NCBI GenBank assembly: GCA_018239895.1
Contig: JAFEGL010000003.1
Span: 354,212 to 418,211 of the forward strand
DNA: 64,000 nucleotides
Direction of reading: 5' to 3'
From: Verrucomicrobiota bacterium
GTDB lineage: Bacteria; Chlamydiota; Chlamydiia; Chlamydiales; SM23-39
The first letter of the stretch is position 1. Each line of letters begins with the position of its first letter. The notes beneath the pieces were generated by a model, which saw nothing but the letters and a program-made list of their open reading frames with translations, was not told where the DNA came from and ran no database searches. The position numbers and the translations under genes were made by a program. Positions 63,801 to 64,000 of this stretch are shown here, one piece after another.

Positions 63801-64000
63801 AGAAGCGGAGAAGCCATTTGTTTCCCCGCCTGCTGTTCTTCAAAAATCGAACCCCATGCAGATTTTGCAGCGAGAAAAAGAGCTCCTCGGATTCTTTCTA
63901 ACAGGGCACCCGATGGATAGCTACCGGCCAGCCCTCTCACGCCTCTCATGTGTTCCATTTAAAGACTTCGAAACCCTATCCGATGGGGCCATTTGCCGCG
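60877..64000 (+). CDS. dnaE: DNA polymerase III alpha subunit DnaE (5' part; continues beyond the window)
   Basis: Not in the ORF track because no stop falls in the window. Reads MTWIPLNVHSQYSILDSTASV..LTDEGNLYGAVDFY (PHP domain) and is open through to 64000. An alternative ATG lies at 60871. Confidence 0.95.
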   Translation, partial: MTWIPLNVHSQYSILDSTASVTALAEKAKSYGLSSLALTDEGNLYGAVDFYKACKAAGIKPIMGCELWVAPLSRLEKKRVPGQPNGFPVVLLAKTNKGYQNLCKLSSMAFLEGFYYQPRIDKEILSAYKEDLICLSGPLRGRIPHLILQGAEKELMAEIAWCQEKFGEDFYFELQRHPMDEAQITADGMETENWLVQKYRDHVSAQNRVNDRLIALSKQMGIRCVATNDIHYIERDDWRAHEILLNIQSGEPCEIWERDSRGIPKNKAPNPKRETVASHELYFKSPEQMQKLFADVPEAIEETVKIAEKCKVEIDFKTKHYPVFVAPGLEDKNYSKEERLKSAEQFLYKLGQEGIKTRYTPEKLEQVKKVYPDRDPMQVVRDRFEYEFNLLTSKGMSDYMLIVYDFIDWAKRRKIPMGPGRGSAAGSIIAYLIGITDIEPLRFHLFFERFINPERVSYPDIDVDICMDRRQEVIDYTVAKYGKDRVAQIITFGTMKAKMAIKDVGRVLNVPLSKVNEIAALVPEDPNMTLEKAFQMDPELSRLMESDEEAKRVLEMAKKTEGSIRNTSTHAAGLIISGGAITDYIPVCTAKDSEMVVTQFAMKPVESVGMLKIDFLGLKTLTSIQKCVDAISKNTGRFIDWPNLPLDDKPTFDLLNQGRTMGVFQLESGGMQDLARQLHIDMFEEIIAVGALYRPGPMDMIPSFINRKHGREEIEIDHPLIREILSETYGVMVYQEQVMQIASVLAGYSLGEGDVLRRAMGKKDKEEMARQREKFLGGALARGIEGETAGRIFDKIEKFASYGFNKSHAAAYAYLSYVTAYLKANYPKEWMAALMTCDRDDTTKVAKFIREARSMHIEVLPPDVNQADSEFVATADGIRFAMSGIKGVGQAVVDMIIEERTKNGPFDSLYGFIQRVDKTRIGKKVIEILIQAGCFDFTGWTRDEMRESVEAMFDRAARDQKEASLGVLNLFSLIEEAEKPFVSPPAVLQKSNPMQILQREKELLGFFLTGHPMDSYRPALSRLSCVPFKDFETLSDGAICR

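Noticed and set aside
61252-63843. Several minus-strand ORFs of 80-197 aa (61252, 61966, 62337, 62707, 63340)
   Set aside because: All lie antisense to the dnaE reading frame, which is open from 60877 to the window end but missing from the track because it has no stop in the window.

Overview
This 64-kb window is a chromosomal segment from a member of the phylum Chlamydiae, probably an environmental (non-Chlamydiaceae) lineage. GC is mid-40s % in core genes, judged by hand counts of a few lines.

Diagnostic genes are an Ntt-type ADP/ATP translocase, UhpC, EUO, a fused 1470-aa SecDF, Mip and a tail-specific protease. Three gene-order blocks match what I recall from C. trachomatis: gidA-dnaB / rho-coaE-polA-sohB-pgsA-ntt; tsp-gltX-euo-recJ-secDF-uppS-cdsA-cmk-plsC; and trxA-spoU-mip-hisS-uhpC-dnaE.

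I call about 57 protein-coding genes. Several starts are trimmed from the ORF track. Three small ORFs fall below the track threshold. dnaE runs off the window end and is absent from the track.

I also call 2 tRNAs (Ser-GCU, Leu-CAG), both hidden under spurious track ORFs, plus several hairpin terminators and a few sigma70-like promoters. I saw no rRNA, CRISPR array, prophage or intact IS.

I could not recognise one clean multi-gene novel system. The candidates most worth a second look are:
- An AT-richer accessory island (about 8.2-13.3 kb) of five orphan genes plus an IS5-family transposase remnant. It is headed by a protein built from two tandem CheD-like (CNF1/BLF1-fold deamidase-like) domains.
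- A 19-bp perfect palindrome, ATGTAAAGC-N-GCTTTACAT, present at four unrelated loci, including inside the purA coding sequence and inside a C-terminal extension of murA.
- An unannotated 29-aa ultra-basic bS22-like ORF with its own good promoter.
- A co-directional ATP-grasp / murA / KamA-family radical-SAM cluster.
- A Cmk-PlsC fusion.
- A uORF coupled to dnaE by an ATGA overlap.
- An SD-sequestering hairpin in front of gltX.

All functional assignments come from motif recognition and memory of protein families. None was verified by a search.
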